Assembly (NCBI GenBank): GCA_946965045.2
Contig: OX337232.1
Coordinates: 1,240,001-1,304,000, forward strand
Direction: 5' to 3'
Source: Epithemia pelagica
Lineage: Eukaryota > Protista > Bacillariophyta
DNA length: 64,000 nt
The notes under the pieces are model-generated. The model was not told the DNA's origin and did not search any database. It saw nothing but the letters and a program-made list of their open reading frames with translations. The first letter of the stretch is position 1. Each line of letters starts with the position of its first letter. Positions 22,865-33,298 of the stretch are shown here, in pieces. The position numbers were made by a program, and so were the translations under genes.

Positions 22865-25800
22865 TCAACCATGACGCCCTTTCCTGCTCTGGGTTTTGCT
22901 GCGATGTGATGAAGAGGAATATGAGTTCTCTTTGTTAGATAACCGGGAGGCATTCAAATGGTTCATATAGGAAATCGGTTGTGTCCTCTTTCGGTACTCT
23001 TCTTCCATTGCGTTTCGACGGGACGCTCGCTCTTCTTCAAGCTTGTCGCGGACTTTTTCATACTTTTTTGATAAGGCATCGTTTTCATATTCGACTTGTT
23101 TCTGTCGTCGTTCCAATCGATCATTTCTTTCTCTCTCGGACTTGAGTTCTCGCTTCAACTTTTCAATTAGAGAGTCAGAGTCCTTTCTACTTCCAGATGC
23201 CTCTTTCTCTTTTATCTCATAAAGTTGTGCCAAACTGACCATGTCTGCAAAAAGACATTCCAAGCTTTGCTGCATTTCCTGGTATGATTCCTCCGCGCTA
23301 TTGAGATGTTCTTCTTTGTCTTCCATTTGTGCTTGCAATGAAGTCGCTTTGCTTGTCAAGGTCGTAACCGATTCCATTGCGGAACGAAGTTGTTCCGTTA
23401 AAGTCTGCACTTCAGACTGAGATCTCTCGAGTGCGTTTTGCAGCTCCACCCCAGCTGAAGTGCTCTTGGACAGTTTCTCACTGCATTCCTGAAGAGACGA
23501 AGAAGCAGATTCATATGCCGCTTTGTTTTCCATTGCTTCCTTAACCGCATTGGCTACATCCTTCTCCTTTTGCTCAAGGATAGCTCTTGTTCTGGCAAGC
23601 TCTCCTTCGACTCTCCTTCTTTGAGCTTCTTCGACACTCAGTGCCTGCTTGATCTCGAGCTGAGACTGTCGATGAATAAGACTTCTTTCTCGAACAAAAT
23701 GGGCAGCTTTCGTTTCAAGAACGGATTCCATTTTCGCGTGTTTGGCAAGAAGACGCCTTTCATTCCCTTGATATTCCTCCAATTTCTTTTCGTTGTCCTT
23801 GCAACGTTTCCGAAGTTGGGCAATGGTTCCCTTTTCCTCTACATTGATGGCGTGAACCATTTCTGCCGTGAACCGAAATTTGTCGTCCTGGAGGATTAAC
23901 GATAAAAAGCGTAGACGACGCATTGTCCACTCAAGGGTGCTCTCGATGGGTGGTACGTGCTCGTTGGTTTCGGGCGACTGAGGTTTAAAAAATTCTGAAG
24001 AAAAGTAACTTGTTGTATCATCGACCCTTCTTCGTACCAATGCAGAATGTTGAATATCGCTTTCGGTGCATTCGCCGCCCCACCCGGCTCCCGACGATCT
24101 TGTTACGGCCACAAGAAAGGAAGCAGCTGCTAGCTGAACCATCGGGCCAATCCCCTTGTTCTCCGTGCCAGTGCGAATTTCTACAGTGCTAAGGTCAATT
24201 CCTATGCGGCTTAAATTGTGCGCAGTAGGAGTGCTTTTGTCGGACTCTGCACTATCTGCCGAGAGAGTGGTCTCATCGAGGTCCATGGCTGCCATGTTCA
24301 TCCGAGCATCGGAAGGCGTCATTATTCCAATTATTCCCTCAATCTTTTCTGCCGATTGAATGAGTGCGTTTTGTAACCCTGACGTTCCAGCATGAGACAG
24401 AATCAGAAACAACAGATCGAGCAAGACAAGGACCATAGGCTTGGACGAGTCGTCGAGGTCTTGACTGTGGAAAACCAATTTGTCAAAAATCGCAAGTCCT
24501 TTTTCACAGGTCATTTCGTTCCACAATGACTTGGAAAGGTCGTCATGATGAACAGATGCATCTGATAACAAGTGATAAAGGATCAAAGCATGCTGGTACG
24601 ATGAATCGTTGTCGTGATCTTTGTTGGATATTCCTTTAATTAGACACGAAACAAGTTCGTTCATGATCGTTGCTCTGGGTGTGTCCTCCATCTCCAAGTT
24701 GCGTCGTTGATCGTCTTGACAAATGTGTTGTTGATCGTCACGAAATAAGATTTCAAGTCCTGTTCTCGAAATATCAGGGATACAAAACAAAAAGCTTTTT
24801 ATCCGAGCACAAACAGAACCATCAGCATGTCCACCAAGCTCTAATAGTCGAGTCCACGTCTTGGAGATGGCAGCGCTCCAGTTATCATTATCCTGAATGG
24901 GAAGAGTAGTGAATGTGTCATCACCACAAATGAGTCGTTGATGCAGCAGTTGGACGGCCCACGTAGATGCTTGTCTGCTGTTGAAAATCCCGTCCGTACT
25001 CGTTACGTGGTGCCATAGATTTTCCCACAGCGATAACTCGTTCGAGAGGGAGCGAATCCTCGAGGACGCGATAGAAGATACCTGCAACGATGTTTTCTGA
25101 GTGAGAACGAGAAGTAGGTGAAAGCTTGACATTGAAAGTCTCGCATAGGATGAAAACGGCATGGAAGGATCCCTCAGACGTTCGGCATGCTCCAAAAGAA
25201 AATCAACCAATTTCTCTGGACCTGCTGCGTCGTCTCTCTCATTGACGACCATCTCGTGAACCCATTCATCGCATCCGTACTGCAAAAGTTGAGTCAATAG
25301 AGATACTGCAGATGTCTGTGTCTCTTCGAGCGACAGGATAAGGTGATCCTCTGACTGCTGATTCAAAACACTTCGTGCCAATACAGCGAGAATAGTCCAT
25401 TCTCGGGTTTCGTTAAGTCCACCTATCCACCAAACGCGGTCGCCCGATACCGGAACATTGTGTTTGTACAATATCCCATATTGTATCCGTTCGAGACATC
25501 TCCACGCTCCAGCCAAACATGCAGCGGCTCCAGTGCATATCAGACTCCTATTAATGTCCTGGGCGTGCCTGTCAACAAACGTTGTGCCGCACGCCATCAT
25601 TCGTAGCGCGTCCAAGACACATGTACCGGAGAGGGCTTTCACTGAGCTCACATCTTGTACCATGACAGCGTAGCAAAGCGGATCGTTGCTGCACCACCAT
25701 TCAGTGATTGCTGTGTACAATATTTTCCACCCAGAAACCATTGTTTGGTACAAACGACTTTCGGTTTCGGAATCGCTGGTGTGATTCTGATGCGGTATTA

Positions 25801-26404
25801 AAGAGAAAAAGATAACATTGGCAAGACTCGTCGCTTTCTCCAGCGTCCATTCGTACACTCCGAGGTTTGTGTGCTCGAGATATTGTGAAACTTCATTCAG
25901 AAGATGCTGCTGATGCTCATAACTCTTTTGCGATGCATCGTTTTTTCTGGTCGTGATAGTATCAATTATCGCGCTTAATCTTTTGGAAGAGGAACCAGGT
26001 GAGATCGTAGGGCGAGATTCTGTAGTGCTTCTGCGATGGTCGCATGACGACTTCCTCGCTCCAGATTTGTAGTAGTATGAGTGTTGTGAAGCGTCAAGTG
26101 ACGGTGCCACGGCAGTCTGAATTGGTGACGGGCGAGGGTTTCGGGACAAATCAATCTCTTGTGATTGGGTCAGTGTTGAGCGACGGCTTGTCCCTGCAAG
26201 GTACGGGTTTGTACAAGAAAGTGCATGATTCGACCGTCGTTTCTCTTCGATCTCCCTGATCGAGCTTCCTTGCAATGAAAAAGTTGTACTCATGGTACAC
26301 CTGCTGGCGAGAATACTTTTCTGAAGAGAGCAGGAGATATGAGATACGAGAGGAGAAGAAAAAAGCAGAAGGAAAGCAAGTCCTCCCGCGTTCGCGCGTG
26401 CCAT
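22865..26404 (-). CDS. Large hypothetical protein with C-terminal coiled coil (probable start 26293)
   Basis: 1179-aa uninterrupted ORF. The last ~300 aa are heptad-rich E/K/Q/L; the centre is helical. No family recognised. Confidence 0.75.
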   Translation of the reverse strand: MARANAGGLAFLLLFSSPLVSHISCSLQKSILASRCTMSTTFSLQGSSIREIEEKRRSNHALSCTNPYLAGTSRRSTLTQSQEIDLSRNPRPSPIQTAVAPSLDASQHSYYYKSGARKSSCDHRRSTTESRPTISPGSSSKRLSAIIDTITTRKNDASQKSYEHQQHLLNEVSQYLEHTNLGVYEWTLEKATSLANVIFFSLIPHQNHTSDSETESRLYQTMVSGWKILYTAITEWWCSNDPLCYAVMVQDVSSVKALSGTCVLDALRMMACGTTFVDRHAQDINRSLICTGAAACLAGAWRCLERIQYGILYKHNVPVSGDRVWWIGGLNETREWTILAVLARSVLNQQSEDHLILSLEETQTSAVSLLTQLLQYGCDEWVHEMVVNERDDAAGPEKLVDFLLEHAERLRDPSMPFSSYARLSMSSFHLLLVLTQKTSLQVSSIASSRIRSLSNELSLWENLWHHVTSTDGIFNSRQASTWAVQLLHQRLICGDDTFTTLPIQDNDNWSAAISKTWTRLLELGGHADGSVCARIKSFLFCIPDISRTGLEILFRDDQQHICQDDQRRNLEMEDTPRATIMNELVSCLIKGISNKDHDNDSSYQHALILYHLLSDASVHHDDLSKSLWNEMTCEKGLAIFDKLVFHSQDLDDSSKPMVLVLLDLLFLILSHAGTSGLQNALIQSAEKIEGIIGIMTPSDARMNMAAMDLDETTLSADSAESDKSTPTAHNLSRIGIDLSTVEIRTGTENKGIGPMVQLAAASFLVAVTRSSGAGWGGECTESDIQHSALVRRRVDDTTSYFSSEFFKPQSPETNEHVPPIESTLEWTMRRLRFLSLILQDDKFRFTAEMVHAINVEEKGTIAQLRKRCKDNEKKLEEYQGNERRLLAKHAKMESVLETKAAHFVRERSLIHRQSQLEIKQALSVEEAQRRRVEGELARTRAILEQKEKDVANAVKEAMENKAAYESASSSLQECSEKLSKSTSAGVELQNALERSQSEVQTLTEQLRSAMESVTTLTSKATSLQAQMEDKEEHLNSAEESYQEMQQSLECLFADMVSLAQLYEIKEKEASGSRKDSDSLIEKLKRELKSERERNDRLERRQKQVEYENDALSKKYEKVRDKLEEERASRRNAMEEEYRKRTQPISYMNHLNASRLSNKENSYSSSSHRSKTQSRKGRHG

Positions 26405-26499
26405 GTGCCCTGCGGGGGTAGAAATGGCTACTCCTCTAGCTACTCCTCTAAACTAGAGGAGTAGGTTTGGAGAAGAGCAGCGTGCTTATCCGTATCGTG

Positions 26500-27437
26500 A
26501 TGAAGACTTACAGACTATGGTGCCTTTGCATTGCTGTGGTGGACGTCCTCGGCCGAACTGAATGTGCCATTCCTGCACGAGAACGATGCCGCTTTCAATC
26601 GTTCCAACGCCATCGCTTATCTGATGATCAAGGATTCGAACAAGCCCACAAGATCCATTTTCCATCAAATCAATCCAATGTGCTAGCTATTCCACGTGGT
26701 GGGTTCAACGTCGCGACAGCAACTGCTACAGCTACTTCAGCATTTCTGGGCTTAAATGGAGGTCTTTTGCTAGTCAACCCCAATGCTGTGCTTCGGCAGA
26801 TCTACAGATTGGAACCATCGGTGGACCCAGAAGACGCCGAGCTAAGCACAGTTCTTATGAGATCTATTGGTACTGTCTCTGTCGGGGTTGCCATGACAGT
26901 ATATCTATCAGTCGTTCTCCAAGCACAACTTCAATTCGCGGTGGCAGTCGGTTTGATTCCTCGATTGCTCATGTTTTTTTGTGGATGTTAGTGTTTTATC
27001 GAAGATTTCCTTTTCTATTCATTAATACTATCATGGGCTGCTGGTGCAAATATTCCCTGTTGGCAGGTCTTGGTACTGCACTGAAAACATGGAAAGTCTT
27101 CTCGGCGGTATCCATGATTAAAGGCATGTCTCTGGTGGTATCCCCGAAGAAGGCCCTTCATAAGTTCCTCGGCGTAGACACAATTGGAAGAAAGCCTCAG
27201 GCATTGAGTAAAGGGCTTGGAAATGAAGTGGCAACTAGCGCTTTCCTAATGGGATCGTTGGCGCTAGGCCTTAGCCCTGTCCGTGCAGCGGGGTACACGT
27301 GCCTCCTATGGATTGTGCTCCTGGCTGACATGGCTTGGAGGGACCAAACATGGAAACTCATGGATGATCATCCTCGTACGCAGTACATCCATATGGCCAT
27401 ATCCACACTTTTTGCGGCAGGTTTCCTCCTAGCATAG
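26500..27437 (+). CDS. Multi-pass membrane protein, apparently one gene with a frameshift in a T7 run (26974-26980)
   Basis: Signal-like N-terminus, LAIPRGG, then TM helices. One extra T at atgTTTTTTTgtgg joins ORF 26467-26991 to ORF 26979-27437 (LMFF-LWMLVF). Confidence 0.6.
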
Positions 27438-27909
27438 TTCATACTAGGCGGGTTACAAGTTACAACAATCCGACTGCCACTCTGCAGTACCCTTCGCTTT
27501 CACAGGATGTAGACTCTCGAAGCATCACGTGCCACCACTAGAAGGAGGAGTAGATCTAAGGAGGGTCAGGTGTCAGGTAGTCTTTTCGGCATGTTCCAAA
27601 ACTATCTAGTGTGCATATGTAATTATCCTTTCGTTAATATTAATTACTATTTCCATAGAAGCGCTGAGGAATATCTTACGTTCTTCTCTCGCTCTCGCCC
27701 CTTGATGGTGACAACAATCGTTCATGGTGTTGTTGTGATGTCGTTATAGAAGACCATCGGCTCTATTGCTCCAGATCTCACAACAAATTAAGTACGTGTC
27801 TCATAATGAATTACTTCTTCAGTCATGCGTTGACTTTGTCACTGAGAATTCTGCTTCACTTGGTTTTTGAATCGAACTGCAAACCCTGCTTACTAGGAGT
27901 ACAGACATC

Positions 27910-28281
27910 ATGACAAGCAGCGTGGACGACGACGAGGAGTTTAAAGTTACACTTCCAGATCCCATTTACCCCCGTAAGCGATACCCATACATCGATAAGG
28001 AACTTACGGTGGAAGGTTGTTTCCGCTTGATGCGCTGGTCCGATGTTGGTATTTGGACAACCGGAACGGTTGGAAGCTGGCTGTTCGGTTTCTTGAAAGG
28101 ATACCCCGTTCGTTTTGCTACTGCAGGTCTGATGGGAACTGTTGGATTCACTTTTGGATCCTTCGTTGTGATTCAAAATGTTCGGGCACGAGTGATGGGA
28201 TATAGCGAAAATGCGCGGGAAGTCGAATGGTATAAAAAACGTAAGGCCGCACGAAATGCTGCCATGGAAAAGAAAGCATGA
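27910..28281 (+). CDS. Mitochondrial complex I 21-kDa (NUXM-like) accessory subunit
   Basis: YPYID..FRLMRWSD, two short TM helices, QNVRARVMGYSEN. This pattern matches the NADH-u_ox-rdase N-terminal family as recalled. Confidence 0.7.
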   Translation: MTSSVDDDEEFKVTLPDPIYPRKRYPYIDKELTVEGCFRLMRWSDVGIWTTGTVGSWLFGFLKGYPVRFATAGLMGTVGFTFGSFVVIQNVRARVMGYSENAREVEWYKKRKAARNAAMEKKA

Positions 28282-28625
28282 ATAGCAAAAGATGACAAGA
28301 CGAGGAGGTCGATTGAAAATACAATGGAAAAACAATCTCGCGTCTCAATAGCACTCCTAGTGTAGGACTTGTCTTTATTCGTCGTATTTTAGAACAGCAC
28401 GATTCATTCAATGGCTCTGTTTGTTAACCATGCCATTTCTGTCCCTGTGTCGAATACAGGTTCCACGGCGGCTTTGTTCGGGGGGAAATCACTTAGGCCA
28501 ACTTACGGAAATCCAAAAAGGATAGAAGTACTACATTTGACATAAGTGAACAACGCACAAGGGACTACCGCTACGGATATTGTGAAACTCGCACAACGCG
28601 CATGGTGAACAAAATAAGATAGATA

Positions 28626-29750
28626 TTAAAGTCGAGGTATAAATTGTTCAAAATGCGTTCGAGCATGCTGAATATTCCACTCTGTGACTTGTGTCCGAAC
28701 CGCCGGATTGGATACAATGACCATCACATAGGTATTGGCGGTGAAGACATCAATGAATGCGCGAAACCGTGAATTTCGTACCTGCATTCCTTGGAATTGC
28801 GATTGGGCTTTCCCACAACTCAGTTTGAACTGCTTCACAATATTGGATATTTTTTCAAAGCGATGGGCATCCAACGGAGCGTTTCGTCGCTTGGGCCCCG
28901 TCGAACTCACTGCTTCCATACCAGTGCGACTGTCCCCATTTGTCGCTCCCTGTTCCTCCATTAAAGGCTGTGGCGAGAGCGGGTCCATGGACAGAGGTTG
29001 GCCTTCTCCTGTTTCCTGCTCCTCTCCTTGTACTTTGCTTTCCCCGCTCGCCGGCGTCGAGTCACTATTTGTTACATTCGAATCAGGTGCATCTTCTGTT
29101 GTGGCGTGCGCGATCACCAAAAAGGTGGCTCGTTCAAATAGAACGACTTCATCGGCATCGCACAAGGTGCAAAAGCGGTTCAAATGTGTTTCCAACAAGC
29201 CCATGTTGGGGATCAGATTAGTCACAATTTCACTCCAGGCCTTGTAGAGCGTTTCATCCCATATTGAGGTTCCAAAACATTGAAAATTTCCAACGTTGCA
29301 TTCTCTGCAGGTTTCCGCTATCAAACTCCGACGTTCATTAAGAATGCCTTGTCTATCTTCTTCCACTACCAGATCCATTTTGTGGATCAGTACAAAGATA
29401 CGGGCGTCGGGGCTATTTTCCTCAATCGCCTGAAGCACGCCACGGAAATGTTCAAAATCAATGTCGGTGCTGTTGGATTCGATATCAAATACATAGATAA
29501 GCAGTTCTACCGAACGAAAGATTGTCTCTCTGTCTCGTTCAAAGTAGGATTCGAAAAAGGCATCTTGGCCACCACAATCCCATAAGTTCAGGACGAGATC
29601 TCCAAGAAAACGAACTTGGTGGTTTTCTACATCCAAGGTTGGGCTCAATCTCGTCGTATCACGGGCCAAGTAGTTTGCGAAAATAATAGACCGCATGCTC
29701 GTCTTGCCCGAGTGGGCTTTTCCCATTAACAGAACCTTCTTCTTCGCCAT
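28626..29750 (-). CDS. RRAGA: Rag GTPase A/B (Gtr1)
   Basis: [70 protein letters not shown]. Confidence 0.95.
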   Translation of the reverse strand: MAKKKVLLMGKAHSGKTSMRSIIFANYLARDTTRLSPTLDVENHQVRFLGDLVLNLWDCGGQDAFFESYFERDRETIFRSVELLIYVFDIESNSTDIDFEHFRGVLQAIEENSPDARIFVLIHKMDLVVEEDRQGILNERRSLIAETCRECNVGNFQCFGTSIWDETLYKAWSEIVTNLIPNMGLLETHLNRFCTLCDADEVVLFERATFLVIAHATTEDAPDSNVTNSDSTPASGESKVQGEEQETGEGQPLSMDPLSPQPLMEEQGATNGDSRTGMEAVSSTGPKRRNAPLDAHRFEKISNIVKQFKLSCGKAQSQFQGMQVRNSRFRAFIDVFTANTYVMVIVSNPAVRTQVTEWNIQHARTHFEQFIPRL

Positions 29751-30472
29751 GGTCCATTCGGTTGCACTCTGTTTTCTGTTTTCTGTTCCGATGCGCCAGG
29801 GATCGGTCGCAGTTCTGAATGAGTGGATGGGAGCGCTGGAGTGTGAATCTTGTTTGGTCGCGACGGGAATAGATTCTTTTCTTGCATTTATGCCCACCGA
29901 TGTCGCTTTGTCTATGGGACGTTTGTTGATGAGAAAAAATGAGAGGACTGGCTTAGGAGACGACCATGTACCATGTCGTCTACATCTACTGTGCTTAAAC
30001 TGTTTTCCTCTCTACTAGAGGAAGAGCAGTGACCAAGCACAAGTACCTTCATTCCTATAGAACGTCCGCATGCGCATCCATTTCGATCCGGAGGAGCAAT
30101 GACGACTAGCCTATCCGGTCGGTAGTTCGAATGTTGTGAGCTGTCGTGCCAAAAAAACTCAGTTCCTACATAGTGTGAATCGGCACTGTTCTCCATCCAC
30201 AAAGCGTTCTTGCTCTTGCGTGCTATCACATATTCATAACTACAACATACAAAAAACATCGTAGGAGTACCTAGTTGAGATTTTATGTTTAGTGGTAGGC
30301 TTTCACGGCAGAATCAAAATTCGGAAAGTCTGACAACTTGTGTTTGTGTGTGAGTGTGTGGTTTACACTGCAAAAATTTCCCCAGGTTCGGGAGGTGGTC
30401 CCAGACCATTCGAACAGGTGTGGCGTTATGAATAGATGTACGGATGAATCGATAAAGATCTTCGTTCGCCGA

Positions 30473-31192
30473 CTAGGAAGGCCGCCGCGTAAGGAGATAT
30501 GGAACTTGTGCTGATCCCAGTTGGCGTGCAAACAGTCGAGAGGACCTTGTCGCTTCGGCACTGACTCGTGCAATGTTTTCTGCCAGTACCTGTTTGTCGG
30601 GCCAATCGCCTTTTTGTAGATTGAGCACAATTTCCATCAAGCATTTGCGCAATTCCTGTCGATCACGACTGATACGTCGTACAATAAATCGTTCCATTCC
30701 CAGCAAGTATTCGTCATTGTGTCGATATTGATTCTTAATTGCAGCCGACAGTTCCCGTGGCAGAATATTGTCCCGTGCTGTTTCCTGATCTTGCTCAAAA
30801 CAACACTGATATGTCGCCTCTAGCACATTTTGGACAGAACCCGACGATGGATTCTTAGCCTCGTATTTGTGGAGCGTTTTTATTGTTCGGATAATGGATT
30901 CTTTGAATCTAGCAAGATCGTCTGCTGTATACCAGAAGTCCTGACACTCTTCTCTGTGTACTGTTTCATTGGCGAAGTAGGAATTTTTCTCCTCTGCAAA
31001 GCGTACTCTTAAAGGACATGTCGGTGGAGCCGGTAATCGATGCGTCTTTCGTCGGTCGGCGCTTCTTAATGGCTTACGTGGAGGTGTATCGGCAGTGAGG
31101 GTCGATGAGAGCGAAGCATCGTCTCGTGATACAGGATTCCACGCCGGCTTCACGATCAAATTGGACTGTGCTTTGGATGGCCGAGTTTTCAT
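30473..31192 (-). CDS. Hypothetical protein with an RVRF..FWY..D motif
   Basis: 239-aa ORF with LRVRFAEEKNSYF..ECQDFWYTADDLARFK, and later LLGMERFI. Confidence 0.7.
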   Translation of the reverse strand: MKTRPSKAQSNLIVKPAWNPVSRDDASLSSTLTADTPPRKPLRSADRRKTHRLPAPPTCPLRVRFAEEKNSYFANETVHREECQDFWYTADDLARFKESIIRTIKTLHKYEAKNPSSGSVQNVLEATYQCCFEQDQETARDNILPRELSAAIKNQYRHNDEYLLGMERFIVRRISRDRQELRKCLMEIVLNLQKGDWPDKQVLAENIARVSAEATRSSRLFARQLGSAQVPYLLTRRPS

Positions 31193-31346
31193 GGTTGTTG
31201 CAATTCAAGGGAATGATTGCACACTCGGCCGTTCTTTTCTAGCTTCCTTTGACGATCGTTCGGTGTTTCAAAGGGTTGTCTGGTACGATGCCAATCAATG
31301 GTGTTTGGTATATGCTTTATGTGGTTCTTTGCCGTGGATGCTTCCC

Positions 31347-31706
31347 CTGTTCTAGGTCAAGAGGTAAAAAATTGGACAGGAGAGTGGAGATAGCATAAAT
31401 CTGGGTGGTATCTGTGTGACACGGCAAATTGGCAGCGAAAACTGAGCTGTGATAATGAGTTAACAGTAATACGACGAGCAATAGTATGATTAGGTGGGAG
31501 TACGACTTGATCCTTTCGAATTCGTTACTGTTCTAGGTCAAGAGGTAAAAAATTGGACAGGAGAGTGGAGATAACATAAATCTGGGTGGTATGTGTGACA
31601 CGGCAAATTGGCAGCGAAAACTGAGCTGTGATAATGAGTAAACAGTAATACGACAAGCAATAGTATGATTAGGTGGGAGTACGACTTGATCCTTTCGAAT
31701 TCGTTA
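31347..31706 (+). repeat. Near-identical ~181-bp tandem duplication
   Basis: ctgttctaggtcaagaggtaaaaattggacagg...ttcgtta at 31347-31527 and 31528-31706, with a few substitutions and indels. Confidence 0.92.
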
Positions 31707-32292
31707 GAATCTGGTTGGGAAAGGCAATACAATAGGAATAGGCTATTGGTGAATCAATAAGTTTTACTATTGCCTTTCATCAAAACAGCTGATGGCAATT
31801 AAGCATATGGGGGACACCTCGACAAAAGTCCTCCAAAACAGAAATCTGCTCTTGTGAGATTGAGAATGACATGTGCCGCTATCCGGTGCGACCATTTTAC
31901 GATCACTGAATAACAGTAGAGTGTGTTCACGCGCAATTTTAACGAATAGAATAGCCCAAGGCCACGATCTCCTACGACTAAGCATCGCATTATAGCCGAC
32001 TCTCCTAACTATCACGTATACAATCGCCTTTCATCGCCCAACCAATACAACAATGTTTGTCTTTGAATCACTACCAGTTATTTTTATTGTCCAGGTCGCG
32101 GCGTGTGGACCCCCGTGTCCCGGGACACCCGGAAAATCTTCGCAGAGGACTGTAGGTTGACATTTCAGAAGTTCGCATAGTACTGTAACCCCCATCTAAG
32201 TATTCTATGTGCTATCACGCATGTCTTCTCTTTTATTTAAGTAACCTCATAAGTTCAACCAGGACGGCGTGCGCATTTACTTATAGGAAACA

Positions 32293-32476
32293 TCATGTGA
32301 AATTTCACATGACCATGTGAAATTTCGCATCTGTCATGTGAAGAAAAAAGTGGCGATAGGAATATTCTCACTTCATATGAAAATTCACATGAATATGTGA
32401 AAATTCACATCAACGATGTGAAGAAGATGCGAAGAAGATGTGAAGGAGATGTGAAAATGTGGAGACGATGTGAAAA
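32293..32476. repeat. ATGTGAA / TTCACAT motif array (left subterminal)
   Basis: More than 10 copies, including palindromes ATGTGAAATTTCACAT. Counterpart at 35958-36137. Confidence 0.85.
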
Positions 32477-32572
32477 CTACAAAAATGAGAGTCTAAAAGA
32501 AAAATGGGAGAAGGACGGAACAAAGTAGTTACTAGTTCTTCTGGTTTTCCTGATCCTCCGGACTCCAGAACT

Positions 32573-33016
32573 GGGACCTCAACAGAAATTGCCTTGGGAT
32601 TGTCGCTCATTGTGATGGGCATCTTGTGAATTCGGGAAGCCCGTGAATGGGAGGAGGAAATTAGTGGGGTCATGCCACAATCCTTGTCGGCGGCGGCGAC
32701 CGATGTTGGTGCCAAGAGTGGTACCAAAGGAGCGGTGATCTTTAACGGCTTGTTGCATGGATTCTCCTGGGACGGAGCACCATCACTGGCTCCCTCCTTG
32801 GCCGTGGCCACGTGGAGTGGAAATTTGGCCTTTTTGTTGGCCTATGCCGCTGGAACCATTGCGGCCATGGCCATTGTCACCACTTTGGTGGGTGAAGGCA
32901 CCCGAAAGGCGGGTCAATTCTTTCAACGCCCCGATATTCCACAAAAGTTTAGTCTTTGCTCTTCAGTACTCGCCATGGTCATTGGAACCGTATGGATCGG
33001 TCTCGCATTTGTATAA
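32573..33016 (+). pseudogene. C-terminal fragment of a NicO/UreH-like (nickel/cobalt transporter-type) membrane protein
   Basis: TEIALGLSLIVMGIL*IREAREW..GLLHGFSWDGAPSLAPSLAVATW..LAYAAGTIAAMAIVT. In-frame TGA at 32627-32629; N-terminal half absent. Confidence 0.7.
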
Positions 33017-33298
33017 ATAGATGAATAACCTCCGCCAAGCTTATTAGAAGCTGTACATGTTTGCTACCAGATACATGCCCAACTAAGTTCATGGGAAGTC
33101 TTGAACCGTAGTGTTGCCCCAATCGACGATGTATGATGAATCAATAACAGAGCTTTGTCTCCAGAGTTAATCCTATCAGGTATAAGAAGGAGTATGAGCA
33201 TACTTTGCTGTTTCCTTTTAAGCAAACATTCCCCTCAAAAGTGTCTCAAAGTTCCACAGTATCCTGGTTTCCGTGCAAAGAGATCTGAAGCAAGTCAA

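Noticed and set aside
31812-31830. GGACAC as the left end of a third element pairing with GTGTCC at 32115-32120
   Set aside because: Complementarity does not extend beyond the hexamer.
12972-32629. Reassigned stop codons as an explanation for the internal TAA/TGA
   Set aside because: Well-conserved genes in the window end normally in TAA, TAG and TGA and have no internal stops.
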